Shown here: positions 28,001 to 33,761 of the stretch, piece by piece
Layout of the letters: the number at the start of each line of letters is the position of its first letter
How positions within the stretch are numbered: the first letter of the stretch is position 1
Source of the DNA: Candidatus Pacearchaeota archaeon
GTDB lineage: Archaea; Nanobdellota; Nanobdellia; Pacearchaeales; UBA284
Reading direction: 5' to 3'
DNA: 64,000 bases
Assembly: GCA_026395795.1 (NCBI GenBank)
Contig: JAPLYB010000041.1
Span: 113 to 64,112 of the forward strand
Translations under genes and position numbers: made by a program
The notes under the pieces: generated by a model
Databases searched by the model: none
What the model saw: only the letters and a program-made list of their open reading frames with translations
Told to the model about the DNA's origin: nothing

Positions 28001-29868
28001 GTAGTTTCTTTTATAACACAGTTCTTCACCGTCGTGAAACTCGAATTAGAATAAACTCCATATCCAACAGCAGAAGAAGAATAGTTGATTGTAAAGCCGT
28101 TGCAATCTAAAGTGACGTTATTTGCCCAGACATTAAAGCAAGTTCCTACTGAGGAAACATTCTGTGTTAATTGATAGTATCTGTCTGCTGTAGAAAGGTT
28201 CGCACAACCAGTTACATTATTGATTAAAGTCAAAACAATAGGATTTCCTGTGTCTGTTATGTAATTAGTTGTAAGATTTACTTGTCTTGAACCACTTCCC
28301 CAGTAAAAATTAGATACATTAAATGAATAATTCGTTGCAAAATATTGTGCAGTAGCGTTTTGCATATATTCTCTTAGTGTAACTCTTGGCGTGAACCCAG
28401 TTGCATTTGTTAAAGACCAATTAGATAAACTTCCAGTTACATTATAAACAGAAACATTCGCTCCGCTCACGTTATTCCCCGCCGTGTCATTTACAAAAGT
28501 GTCCGCGTACCAGAAAACATTCAAATTTCCTGAACCAAGAACACTCGTGTCTGACTTGTCAAATGTTACATTTGTCAAATTCCATAAGCCTCCTGTGACA
28601 GTATTCTCAACATAGAAATCAGCAACTCCTGAGTAAGATGCATTTAGAACTGAGTTGGTAATTGTAAAATTATGATTTGCATCATGAATATAAACAGCAT
28701 TTGCATTAGAATTGTTTGTCTGGATGTTTGTTCTGTCAAATAAATTATTTGTTGAACTTGATGAAAAATAAATGCCGTATCCATTGTTTCCTGTTGTTTG
28801 AATCTTATTGTTTGACAAGTTATTTGATGAGCTTGATGAAAAATAAATTCCATTCCCACTCTCCCCCGTTGTGCTCACATTACTCCCCGTAACATTATTC
28901 CCTGACGCAGTCAAAAGATAAATTCCATAAAGATAGCTATTCGTTGTCGTAGTTATATTCAATAAATTAAAAGTATTATTCTGCAAGAATGAAGAATTAC
29001 TTCCGTAAGCAAACACCCCATATCCATTATTTGTACTTACAACTGAATTATTTATCTTCGAGTTGCTCGTATTATAAAATCCAAAACCATCAGCAGTCAT
29101 GTTAAAGTTATTATAAGTCATATTATCGCACCATGCGCAGATAACTTGCCCGTAAGTTCCGCTAGCTATATCCTGATAGAGCAAATTCTGCCCATTAAAC
29201 GTATAATTAATAGGCAATCCCTCTGCTAAATTTGATGTATCTATTGATTGATTGTAGTGAGCTTGAGTTGTTCCTGTGACATAGACTCCAACTGCACTTG
29301 TTGTATTGAAACGATTGTTTGTAAGGGCGGAGTTTGTTGAAGAGGAAGAGGAAAAACCATGGGCACCTGAACCAGTTATTGTGACGTTGTTGCTTGTTAC
29401 AATGTTATTATTTGAAGATGAATTTAAATAAATCCCCGAGCCCCAAATTTGATTAATATTTGTTTTTATTGTAACATTAAACAAATAAGGAGTATAGTTC
29501 TGGTCTTCTGTAAAGAATGTTGCTTTATACTTAAAATAAGGACTATTAGTTAAATTTGCAAGAGAAGTATAATCCGCATTGGTGAAAAATGGAGACCATA
29601 CTGCATCAGAGCAATCTGGAAGAGAACAAGTCCCGATTTGCAAACTCAAGTTCAAAGCACCAGTTGCATTGGTGTTTCCAGTGTCCGCGAATACGCCAAA
29701 TAAATCAGAAACAGAAGAGTAAGTATCGCCAAGAACAAAGCCGATATTCAACATGGAAAAAATTAAGAAGAACAACGCCAAGGCTACTAAGAAAATCTTT
29801 CTTTCGTTTGAAGATTCGTTAGTCTTGTGGAAAATTTTCATGTTTTCTATCATTTTGATATATCCCAA
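16027..29868 (-). CDS. giant (~4610-aa) surface protein with a C-terminal cytoplasmic HerA/FtsK-like ATPase
   Basis: Single uninterrupted ORF. Order of parts: N-terminal TM/signal anchor, two parallel beta-helix modules, many Ig-like repeats with dense N-x-S/T sequons, a Cys-rich knot (CANAGESCSGISCCSDSTCCGNACY...), poly-Gly(12), CARDB-like domains, TM helix WWFYLIILFIIFLFFL, then the P-loop ATPase. The track start at 29868 is TTG. The ATG at 29853 (MIENMKIFHKT) overlaps the upstream stop as ATGA and is more likely. Confidence 0.85.
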   Translation of the reverse strand: MGYIKMIENMKIFHKTNESSNERKIFLVALALFFLIFSMLNIGFVLGDTYSSVSDLFGVFADTGNTNATGALNLSLQIGTCSLPDCSDAVWSPFFTNADYTSLANLTNSPYFKYKATFFTEDQNYTPYLFNVTIKTNINQIWGSGIYLNSSSNNNIVTSNNVTITGSGAHGFSSSSSTNSALTNNRFNTTSAVGVYVTGTTQAHYNQSIDTSNLAEGLPINYTFNGQNLLYQDIASGTYGQVICAWCDNMTYNNFNMTADGFGFYNTSNSKINNSVVSTNNGYGVFAYGSNSSFLQNNTFNLLNITTTTNSYLYGIYLLTASGNNVTGSNVSTTGESGNGIYFSSSSSNNLSNNKIQTTGNNGYGIYFSSSSTNNLFDRTNIQTNNSNANAVYIHDANHNFTITNSVLNASYSGVADFYVENTVTGGLWNLTNVTFDKSDTSVLGSGNLNVFWYADTFVNDTAGNNVSGANVSVYNVTGSLSNWSLTNATGFTPRVTLREYMQNATAQYFATNYSFNVSNFYWGSGSRQVNLTTNYITDTGNPIVLTLINNVTGCANLSTADRYYQLTQNVSSVGTCFNVWANNVTLDCNGFTINYSSSAVGYGVYSNSSFTTVKNCVIKETTTTASAYGIYYNGASAGNGTIFNNTIVIGDGYAIYLNGGSYNNLTVNMLSTTVNSQTAGSIKVSSSSYNTVSNNTGIGINDNAHQKLFVFSSSNNNVISNNTIGNGANNCLGLYLLSSNNNLIQNNQIAISPTYFNPLSGGIDIVSSSNNTLSSNIISLTGPSDKYGIYVASSSANNTILSNNITTTGSGAYGFYQDSSTNSTLTGNRFNTSSSVGVYVTGTTSSHYNHSIDTSNLAEGLPIWYNYSVSNTTILSNIDVSNSIGQLVCAWCSNVTYDNVTMGNDGFSFYNTSLSTINNSKVTTNNGYGVFAYGSSSAFLENNTFNLLNITTTTNANLYGIYLLTASRNNVTNCNVSTSGSSSHGIYLLTSSNYNNLIGDNIVTSAQSSNGIDVSSSSSNNLISKNILVSGNFVYAIEFEGTSSNNIISTSNIKTTYGSVNTYGIDFESSSINNSIKDSLINASYSGAPDIRSVTTGINNFTNCTFNKSDTSISSTGSINIFWYADVYANNTDGEVISGANISAYTVNNVLMNWSLTNSSGYTPRLTLREYMQNATAMYYDTNYSFNGTKDGYANSNLPVNLTGNYLIPNMLVMTFTTPPYVYFASPSQLSNTWLNKSYYYINVTVSGAYPIDVCTLNWNGTSIAMTKVGSGTNVSCYYNKTSLSVGPYYYNVTANDSSLAIGVSETRVILGADWLVPTTTISPNGTNYTSSDVPFNLTCSDDYSGCNTTLYQIIDSNATCNESNMTSGNSSIVSCSVDCQKKVCYKSNDSAGNAETLKTSAVFYIDKQAPQANVTANINKSDPKAGEYVKFYSLWQDNTNLSFYFFEWNITGVSVNITNGTLNGTSAWINTTLQIPNNSLAGTFVSYKFYVNDSANAWNSSSSSFYVWGWANLSEMSISNLSGGRLNRSVTSVLCRVWDANFSSPISNYPVSFWKDDVLQATNYTNSSGYAVWYWDSYNDLGPYNIKCNITDNSSLYYNSSSSNEINTSLEVWRKINLTLTLNPDEIYRNNTKAIQQGKPYNSTLAVNVRDENGNVNDFIVDFWRAATKLGSQSTIDGNASLIHNPPDSIAVGVYEMKANTSSDYSWAISDIKNQTIKGFLSTILDLPSNGTIYFKNQTITLNSTTKDENNVVQAVSATWSLGAEIINNLEDATWLIPINHSYGNLVLKINTSKIYFDDSQANTTIIIQAFANITEISPGNSTYSAGSVVPVKCKVLDANTSIILENYTVSFWKNDSLQTVNYTNSSGYAVWYWDTSAEDEGIYTIKCNITDDSNLNYTANLASKENQTYIAIIRNLRIDVISRQYTEIYRKDVFTPHSSLITVHILQGLLGNSSNATVHFYNSTAEFTSCITNSSGSCNITYNPADTITPDNYTIYINATKTGFSPSTTNQTWIVDKGKLYTTIDSPDSGGKYHKLDNLSLASTILDENSVAVSATVLWYNSTSLIGSGEDVFWQIPANHSRGDSQQISANASKTYYDYSLSSISIEIYGWSEPQWISPTSNLNYSQTYALVCKVKDSNSSIGIENYNTSFFYNTSFINSSLSNSSGYSSVNWTTNQTGWFLLKCNIIDDASVYYDVAIAQATQLLQVKDVIYPSFSNYSLNPSHAEVFYENITITTNASDDIQIDKVWANITLPNSTRTPSFMSLISGNSSNGTYRVNYTPILAGTYNVSVYANDTFGNINSTYVGSFIAFNQTTGYLQEDPTSTSLRTSQNSGASFIINLTLYNTGNTTMRSIKLQEIDAPSNWNFTNLTAWENIDIPIQSNYTARWNVSIPVAEVPGNYNITCEGKWKNPDNSTASVTNTTRAIILNNPILNITSDTFSDSVNQSTEKTIGTFYVNSTGNYLLSEIFFNASSGNLSQDWVEFISSPYINYLPNIQAGSNKLMTINVTIPMGQAPGIYQSSFIINATNSTQYCSPSENCWKFLNITINVTSDTSWKIAPSSLSQAINTSSSGQLSNVTITNQGNLNITFDIANDSGNASSMLSIPASMLVSPYPNNTGNLIINYSVPLNKQPGIYTCNVTISNSSAAPVQRNLTITLNVTDNISPNITNSSLSRTILDVNYESLNISANVNDNVQVDKVWANITLPNSTKIPLFMNLISGNSSNGTYRVNYTPVLAGTYNVTVYANDTSGNINSTWTGTFVATGSATGIIYQNQSETASGITNTTNYTFDITAVFKNTGSEGTIRFSNLTMNLSESGAYSNSSFENCGNISAGENCTRIFRITVTVDATAGHTIYANITARWINPNNTQSITSNKTNIYVSYNPVLTLDKESINDSISHGSSKTASYIVGASGNYIIEGIRSSASGGNLNSSWLSFSPDNFYIAKKNSQTVNINVSIPLGQDPDFYTANITVNATSSSCSPSSNCMDYLLLNITVPWSKEWSIAPSYQNIIVPVDTTGNFNMSVENLGNKNVTYSISESGDAAAQAMTTCPADILVPKAGSGSSDVNVTCDFNSSGIAGGLYTLYLTFSNASYASPESRIATINMNVTDVPPTVNNPSVLPNMTDQNYGNVTISANINDNIELDYVWTNKTLPNGTIEISYTDLPPYTKDYNLSEIYTPVRSGVYHIIICANDTQTPVGAIDCSDSVINFTSISSTTIGVYSNTTSAIIEGITQDSGENLPLNITLNNTGQGGAYFSNLSMQLPSGWSASPLILEYYNITNGAKGYNSTAINIPSGTSPALYNVNLTARWTNPNNTASMASQTVSVNVTGNPVLNIIQDSLSLSAKPEEGNSTYFTLNSTGNANVSNITFICSGQQCTDFNIIFAPSSVSSLVPLYLQNITVNISIPSSYEPGVYEMIINASGSSNRTSDIINLTVIVGEDWRWQRTPINFTATVGTNSIGVLGNIEVQNLGNVPLYFDITKEGNASGYLILNVTNITVNRLSQGYIEVRFNTTEDYGDYYANISITNSSAVPAQQNTEVFLEIVRLRINLTSPTQTNPANVTAGENVTILANAVYGSENLTENMSWLVYFDSFECPVSSASYSAGWIINCTAPNITDASYYDLSLYGTYTTIDATAADSETNAIYYFDVTPPSFINASVSSAKSGANVSAEAKITDNVGVSLVKLEIEYPNSTKINFTMVNTAPTIYKYNFTNTSTEGDYNFKIYASDARNNTNIYGGWFEIYSEILFKGFVKDSNNAGLKVNFEFYKQNESKNSTYLIHNFSSDETTGYFSQTIRNRTYDLYMNFFNDEMDLKNFEVKSNITQNFTIGEITSTQVGEMPDVETKLRGIGTNMSFNFTNATIVINYSSLLGGVDVEDNIHLYKCSNWSIIQWSCSSGWSKLNSTVNKFTHIVSTNITGFSAFFAAESAICANAGESCSGISCCSDSTCCGNACYLLSSCPYCCSSSCSQSSCSTTPPGGGGGGGGGGGGASTTASTQGSSLDFSTDSLTVSLAPGEYKIVSVGITNNLNHKVTAQLSAEGKIWEFVQFEKTSIDIEAGSTEYIQLKFYASETTVLGTYLGAILAKFDDKTNKISVILTVENPPQALMDVNINALTPKVRPGNTLTLRVSLFTFGEVEKVDVTVNYTIEKAEVKEEILSTGETVAVDRKLEYTKAIKLPNDIKPGLYLVSAVAHYNNKTASTLVSFEVVNEFFLITFLKNNYMNWWFYLIILFIIFLFFLPKILRKLGLRRKAKKRYDFSAEQQKLPKGVTVGKIAETANKAYFDLDKLTQHLIVAGGTGAGKTISAMVLVEEALKKGIPCIVFDPTAQWTGFVRACRDEHMLEIYKKFGLSERDTRSFKGNIVDVIDPAMDIKIENYTNKGEITVFSLTKMTPSQLDAFVTKTVNTIFAVPWEESRKLKLLIVYDEVHRLLPKYGGKNGYLALERGVREFRKWGIGLVMVSQVIADFKGTMKAVIASEIQMRTKYSADIDRVRKSYGNNFAVALPKLKTGTGIVQNPEYNDGKPWLVEFRPLLHDTSRISEKELFIYNKYQQELSEIEKKVEEIKKGGKDTYDLELEVKLTKEKVKQAQFRMAETYLESLREKLKKL
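16030..17130 (-). other. cytoplasmic HerA/FtsK-superfamily (DUF87-like) ATPase domain of the giant protein
   Basis: Follows the TM helix at ~17131-17187. Walker A is VAGGTGAGKT (~16942-16980) and Walker B is LLIVYDEVHRLLP, followed by FRKWGIGLVMVSQ. This motif order matches HerA/DUF87 ATPases. Confidence 0.7.
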
Positions 29869-31262
29869 TACCCTCCTTTGTCAGGACCGACTCTTTTCAG
29901 AACACCCTTTTCTTTAAGTTTAGCCAATTGCATTTCAATAGCTCTAGAACCGACACCCAATTCTTTACTTAACTTTTCTGCACTAATCCCTGAATCCCGT
30001 CTTATTAAAGCAATAATTTTCTCCGAAGTTTTCTCCGAAGTTTTCTCCGAAGTTTCGCTCTCTCTTTTAGAAGTTGCCCTGCTTTCTGCATCAAAGAAGA
30101 ACTCAATTCTATAATAATCCAGCCCAAGTGAAACAACAGGCTTTCTTGAATAGTGATAAGTCCATCCCTTAAACATTTTATCAAACCCGTATCCCGCGTT
30201 TTCTGCTAAATCAATTACTCTAAACATTTTTGTTATCAGGGGATTTCTTGGCAAGGAAATATCTCCTTTCTGTAGTTCTTCATATGGCTTGGGCAATGCT
30301 CCCGGATTAAGAAACTCAATTCTATTCAAGAAAACTCTTATTCTCGGCTTCATTGGGGAAAAATAGTCTGAATGAATGAGCAAATTAACGAGGGCTTCTC
30401 TTATTGCTTTAACTTGGGGCTGATTTTCATCTCTAAAAGCGCCATTTAGCTTGAATGGAATGTCTATCTTTTTTATAATTCGTTCATAAATTGCAAAGAA
30501 ATATTCATACAAATTAGGATAATCTGATATTCTAAACTCATATCTTCTTTCAGCATCAGAATAGCTTGTCCCAAATACTTCTAAATAGTCTATCTTAAAA
30601 TCAGGGAAGTATTTTGCCATGCAATCTTCATTTCCAAAAACCAATAATCCCGCAATAGTAACATGTCCTTTTTCAAGAGCTCGTATCTTGGTCAGAAATT
30701 CTTCATCAGAAAGAGAGTTATAGGGATGTTCAGGTTTTATATTCTTTAAATAAAGCCTATACCTCTTTATAGTTTCCTTATTCAAGTCATTCATCCTTAG
30801 TTCAGTAATTTCGCTATCCTTTGTTCCAAAAACAGAATCTCTAAACAGGGAATTCAACTCTTCTCGGGTAACTCTCTGGTCACCGCTTCCAGACCTGATA
30901 AAAGTATTTTTAGGGTTATTATAAAATACTGGCTTGCTTTTAGAAACAGGGATATAAAAAGCAAGAACAATTTTTCCATCAAAATTATACTTTTTGCATT
31001 TAACATCAATTTTTTTATTAAATTTCTCCCCTCTTAGAACTCCAATAAAATCATGCTCAATCTTTTCAGGGCTAGACACGCCAAGAATAGTATATGATTT
31101 TCCTTCTTTTTTAACTCCAAACACTAGCCATCCACCTGCACTATTTGAAAAAGCAGAAACAGTTTCCCAGCTATTTTTAGGGATTTCTGATTTCGCTTCT
31201 TTGACTTCAAAGTCTTCCCATTCAATATCCCCTAATTTTTGAACCAATTCTTGCTTATTCAT
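29850..31262 (-). CDS. AlbA_2 (Schlafen-like) domain + C-terminal wHTH putative regulator
   Basis: N-terminus ...EDFEVKEAKSEIP...SAFSNSAGGWLVFGV is typical of the AlbA_2 DNA-binding domain. C-terminal wHTH ends RVGPDKGGYW. Its stop overlaps the ATG of the giant gene. Confidence 0.7.
   Translation of the reverse strand: MNKQELVQKLGDIEWEDFEVKEAKSEIPKNSWETVSAFSNSAGGWLVFGVKKEGKSYTILGVSSPEKIEHDFIGVLRGEKFNKKIDVKCKKYNFDGKIVLAFYIPVSKSKPVFYNNPKNTFIRSGSGDQRVTREELNSLFRDSVFGTKDSEITELRMNDLNKETIKRYRLYLKNIKPEHPYNSLSDEEFLTKIRALEKGHVTIAGLLVFGNEDCMAKYFPDFKIDYLEVFGTSYSDAERRYEFRISDYPNLYEYFFAIYERIIKKIDIPFKLNGAFRDENQPQVKAIREALVNLLIHSDYFSPMKPRIRVFLNRIEFLNPGALPKPYEELQKGDISLPRNPLITKMFRVIDLAENAGYGFDKMFKGWTYHYSRKPVVSLGLDYYRIEFFFDAESRATSKRESETSEKTSEKTSEKIIALIRRDSGISAEKLSKELGVGSRAIEMQLAKLKEKGVLKRVGPDKGGYWDISK
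30017..30052. repeat. in-frame 12-bp tandem repeat x3 (TTTTCTCCGAAG), encodes (SEKT)n
   Basis: Three perfect consecutive copies read directly, located just N-terminal of the wHTH. Confidence 0.85.
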
Positions 31263-31295
31263 TTTTCCTCTCTTTTTTTTGTTTTTTCTTCAAAT

Positions 31296-32384
31296 TTACA
31301 TAACATTTTTAAAATACCTCTCATGCAGACTTTTTTGTAGATTGTAAGAGTCGCCATAATCCATATAAGCTTCCCATGAATTAAATGACTCCATTAATTT
31401 ATCAAAACTAATAATTTCCGTGTCATATTTTTTGAGCTTTATTTTTACACCTTTCAAAAATCTTTTGATCGTGCTTTTTCTGACTAATCTATAATTGCTG
31501 AAAGTCCTATAGCCAAGAAAATCAATCCCTAATGAAACAGGAAAGATGTCTACTTTTTTTGGATGCATTATCAATCTCATAGAAACTAGGAACAAGATGA
31601 CTTTTTCTTTTAGTTCGTGCAAAGACGCCTTAGATTTATGCATTATAACAAAGTCATCCATGTAACGGATATAGTATTTTATCCCTAATATGTATTTGAC
31701 ATATTTATCCAACTTATCAAGATACATGTTCGCAAAAAGCTGTGAAGTCAGGTTGCCAATTGGAAGCCCTTTATGCTCAAAATTTTGTGCTTCTTGCATT
31801 TCATCAGAATTCTCTTGGTTTGGGCTGTCTACTATTTGGTCCAATAATTGCAACAGCTCATTGTCTGAGATTTTTTCCCTTATGATTTGCTTTAGAATTT
31901 CGTGATTCACGCTTGGGAAATATTTTGAGATGTCGCATTTAAGGACATAGGAATTACTATTGGCTTTTCTTATGAACTTTTGAATTCTGTCTGCTCCAGC
32001 ATGTGTCCCCTTTCCTTTTCTGCAAGCGTAAGAATCATAGATAAACGTCTTGTCAAAAAGGGATTCAATAACATTGCAAATAGCATGATGAACAATTCTG
32101 TCTCTAAAAGGCAAAGCGGAAATTCTTCTTTCTTTCGGCTCAAAGATAGTAAAATGCCTGTATTTCCCGGTTTTATAGGTCTGGCTTCTTAATTCATGCT
32201 GCAGTTTAAGCAGTTCATCTTCCAAGTTATAGGTAAATTTGATAACTTCTGCGGTATTATTCTTGCCTTTTCTTGCTTTTAAATAAGCGTTATAAAGATT
32301 TTCAAATTTACAAACTTTCTGAAATAAATTTTTGTGTGTTTTCATTTTGTTATTTTTATGCCTATGAAAACCAGCGGGGTTCAA
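31296..32384 (-). CDS. DGR reverse transcriptase
   Basis: RT motifs CDISKYFPSVNH, LPIGNLTSQLFANMYL (the DGR-typical [I/L]GxxxSQ) and the catalytic YMDD (RYMDDFVIM). Size ~350 aa. The likely true start is the internal MKTHKNLF (32345). Confidence 0.9.
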   Translation of the reverse strand: MNPAGFHRHKNNKMKTHKNLFQKVCKFENLYNAYLKARKGKNNTAEVIKFTYNLEDELLKLQHELRSQTYKTGKYRHFTIFEPKERRISALPFRDRIVHHAICNVIESLFDKTFIYDSYACRKGKGTHAGADRIQKFIRKANSNSYVLKCDISKYFPSVNHEILKQIIREKISDNELLQLLDQIVDSPNQENSDEMQEAQNFEHKGLPIGNLTSQLFANMYLDKLDKYVKYILGIKYYIRYMDDFVIMHKSKASLHELKEKVILFLVSMRLIMHPKKVDIFPVSLGIDFLGYRTFSNYRLVRKSTIKRFLKGVKIKLKKYDTEIISFDKLMESFNSWEAYMDYGDSYNLQKSLHERYFKNVM

Positions 32385-32571
32385 TCAGCATTTGGCTTCA
32401 TCTTACTAACCGTTGGTTTTGGTTTTTTATATTCAGCTTGTCAAAAACCTTTTGGTGTTTGAGCACTGTCAGGAATCTTTTGATTCCTGAAGTTTCAGCT
32501 TGGATTTGGATTGATGTAGTTCTCTTGCACTGTTCATCGTCTCCGTAAAGACCACGAATCTGGCATTGAGG

Positions 32572-32692
32572 ACTATTGCAACAGCGAAAGCCGATATTGT
32601 TGTTCACATTCGACGGGTCATTATTCAAATTCGCATAAAAGGGACCCGCATTAGCCCAATTATTCCAATTGCCGCCACGGATCACCGCCCGC
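32572..32692 (-). repeat. DGR template repeat (TR)
   Basis: 121 bp matching 35842-35962 at a constant offset of 3270. The sense strand would encode 12 AAY (Asn) codons (GGNWNNWANAGPFYANLNNDPSNVNNNIGFRCCNS). There are 29 sense-strand adenines. Confidence 0.85.
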
Positions 32693-32729
32693 TGTCTATC
32701 ACAATCCAGCCCATTCCTATTTAGGAACA

Positions 32730-33062
32730 TTAACATATTTTGTACCAACCTCCCAGCATTCTGCCTATTTCATTTATTAGACTAGAGCCATATTCATACT
32801 GCTCAAAGCTGATAAATTGCAGGTCTTTGGAAAGCCTGAAAAAAATTCTTAATTTATCCAGCTCAATAATCGCTTTCTGCAAAGATTGTTTTTTATCAAA
32901 ATCATTGTTTGATTGTATGATGCTTTCTAAAAAGTTTAATGAAGTGTTTTCTATTTTTTGCGCCATTGTGTATTTTTCTGATTTCGGAAACTTATTCAGC
33001 AGAGTATGGATCCATTTGAGGAATTCATAGGTCTTGTGGAAAATTTTCATATCTTCTATCAT
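32730..33062 (-). CDS. avd: DGR accessory variability determinant (Avd), four-helix-bundle family
   Basis: 110-aa helical protein directly upstream of the TR. N-terminal pattern IFHKTYEFLKWIHTLLNKFPKSEKYTMAQKIENTSL resembles the Avd / S23-intervening-sequence four-helix-bundle family. Confidence 0.8.
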   Translation of the reverse strand: MIEDMKIFHKTYEFLKWIHTLLNKFPKSEKYTMAQKIENTSLNFLESIIQSNNDFDKKQSLQKAIIELDKLRIFFRLSKDLQFISFEQYEYGSSLINEIGRMLGGWYKIC

Positions 33063-33103
33063 TTTTTATTTCCTCTTTTTGTTTACACATTTTTAATCTA
33101 TCT

Positions 33104-33120
33104 GTTCTATTTTTTAGAAC
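33104..33120. promoter_or_regulatory. GTTCTA-N5-TAGAAC palindrome upstream of avd
   Basis: GTTCTATTTTTTAGAAC, about 42-58 nt upstream of the avd ATG. Flanks are shared with the sites at 34294 and 41167. Confidence 0.55.
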
Positions 33121-33122
33121 AT

Positions 33123-33761
33123 CTACTCCTGCTCTTTTTTATATTCTTTCAAGCATTTAGCTAAATCTTCTCTCTCAAATATAAAATAATCAAACTTCTG
33201 CCTCAGTTCATTTGAATATCCTCTTGGAATAAATGCACTTAGGACTTCTTTTTCAGCATCCTTTATTAATGCAAATGCCGGAACAAAATCAGCATCGCCT
33301 GAAATCAGAATGCAACAATCAAGATTATTTCTTATCGCTTCTTTAACCATATCTATAGCTATCCATACATCAATACCCTTTTCTTTTTGATTTGAATCTT
33401 TAATATCCAAAAGGCTGGGTTCGACTATTTTCTTGCATACAGAGCATAAATCCCATGATTCTAACAGTTCCTGCCTTTTTTTCTTTAATTCTTTATTGGA
33501 TAATTTTTGGAGCTTCCTTGTAATGATTTTCACACCCTGTTTTTGCAAATGCCCTAAAAAGGATCTCTGCCTTTTGTATATTAATTCATTATCTTCTATA
33601 TTCGGCATAGAAACATACCAGCGAATTTCTTTTATATCTAATTTCTTTTCTTTAGATATTAGCTCTGCAACCTTTGTTATGTCTATATCACTTGGTTTAA
33701 ACCAATGCTTGATATTATGATACCAATTATTTGCATCAATAAAGATCATCGCTTTTTTCAT
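33123..33761 (-). CDS. NYN/LabA-like (PIN-fold) nuclease-domain protein
   Basis: MIFIDANNWYH at the N-terminus and ILISGDADFVPA later, which are the typical NYN/LabA acidic motifs. A GGGAGGT Shine-Dalgarno-like sequence precedes the ATG. Confidence 0.7.
   Translation of the reverse strand: MKKAMIFIDANNWYHNIKHWFKPSDIDITKVAELISKEKKLDIKEIRWYVSMPNIEDNELIYKRQRSFLGHLQKQGVKIITRKLQKLSNKELKKKRQELLESWDLCSVCKKIVEPSLLDIKDSNQKEKGIDVWIAIDMVKEAIRNNLDCCILISGDADFVPAFALIKDAEKEVLSAFIPRGYSNELRQKFDYFIFEREDLAKCLKEYKKEQE

Larger units (their letters stand above)
31296..33062 (-). mobile_element. DGR core cassette (avd - TR - RT)
   Basis: Contiguous Avd ORF, adenine/Asn-codon-rich template repeat and DGR-type RT, all on the minus strand. 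Confidence 0.85.

Noticed and set aside
16027-29868. About a dozen 60-95-aa antisense or out-of-frame ORFs inside the giant gene, with similar ones inside 9174-12479 and 35839-41127
   Set aside because: All are embedded in long uninterrupted ORFs with coherent domain repeats. Their translations are low-complexity and lack motifs.
32398-32748. 116-aa ORF (…RQRAVIRGGNWNNWANAGPFYANLNNDPSNVNNNIGFRCCNSPQCQ…) between avd and the RT
   Set aside because: It is the reading frame running through the DGR template repeat, a non-coding RNA template. It has no plausible start context, overlaps the avd 3' end, and mirrors the target C-terminus only over the TR.
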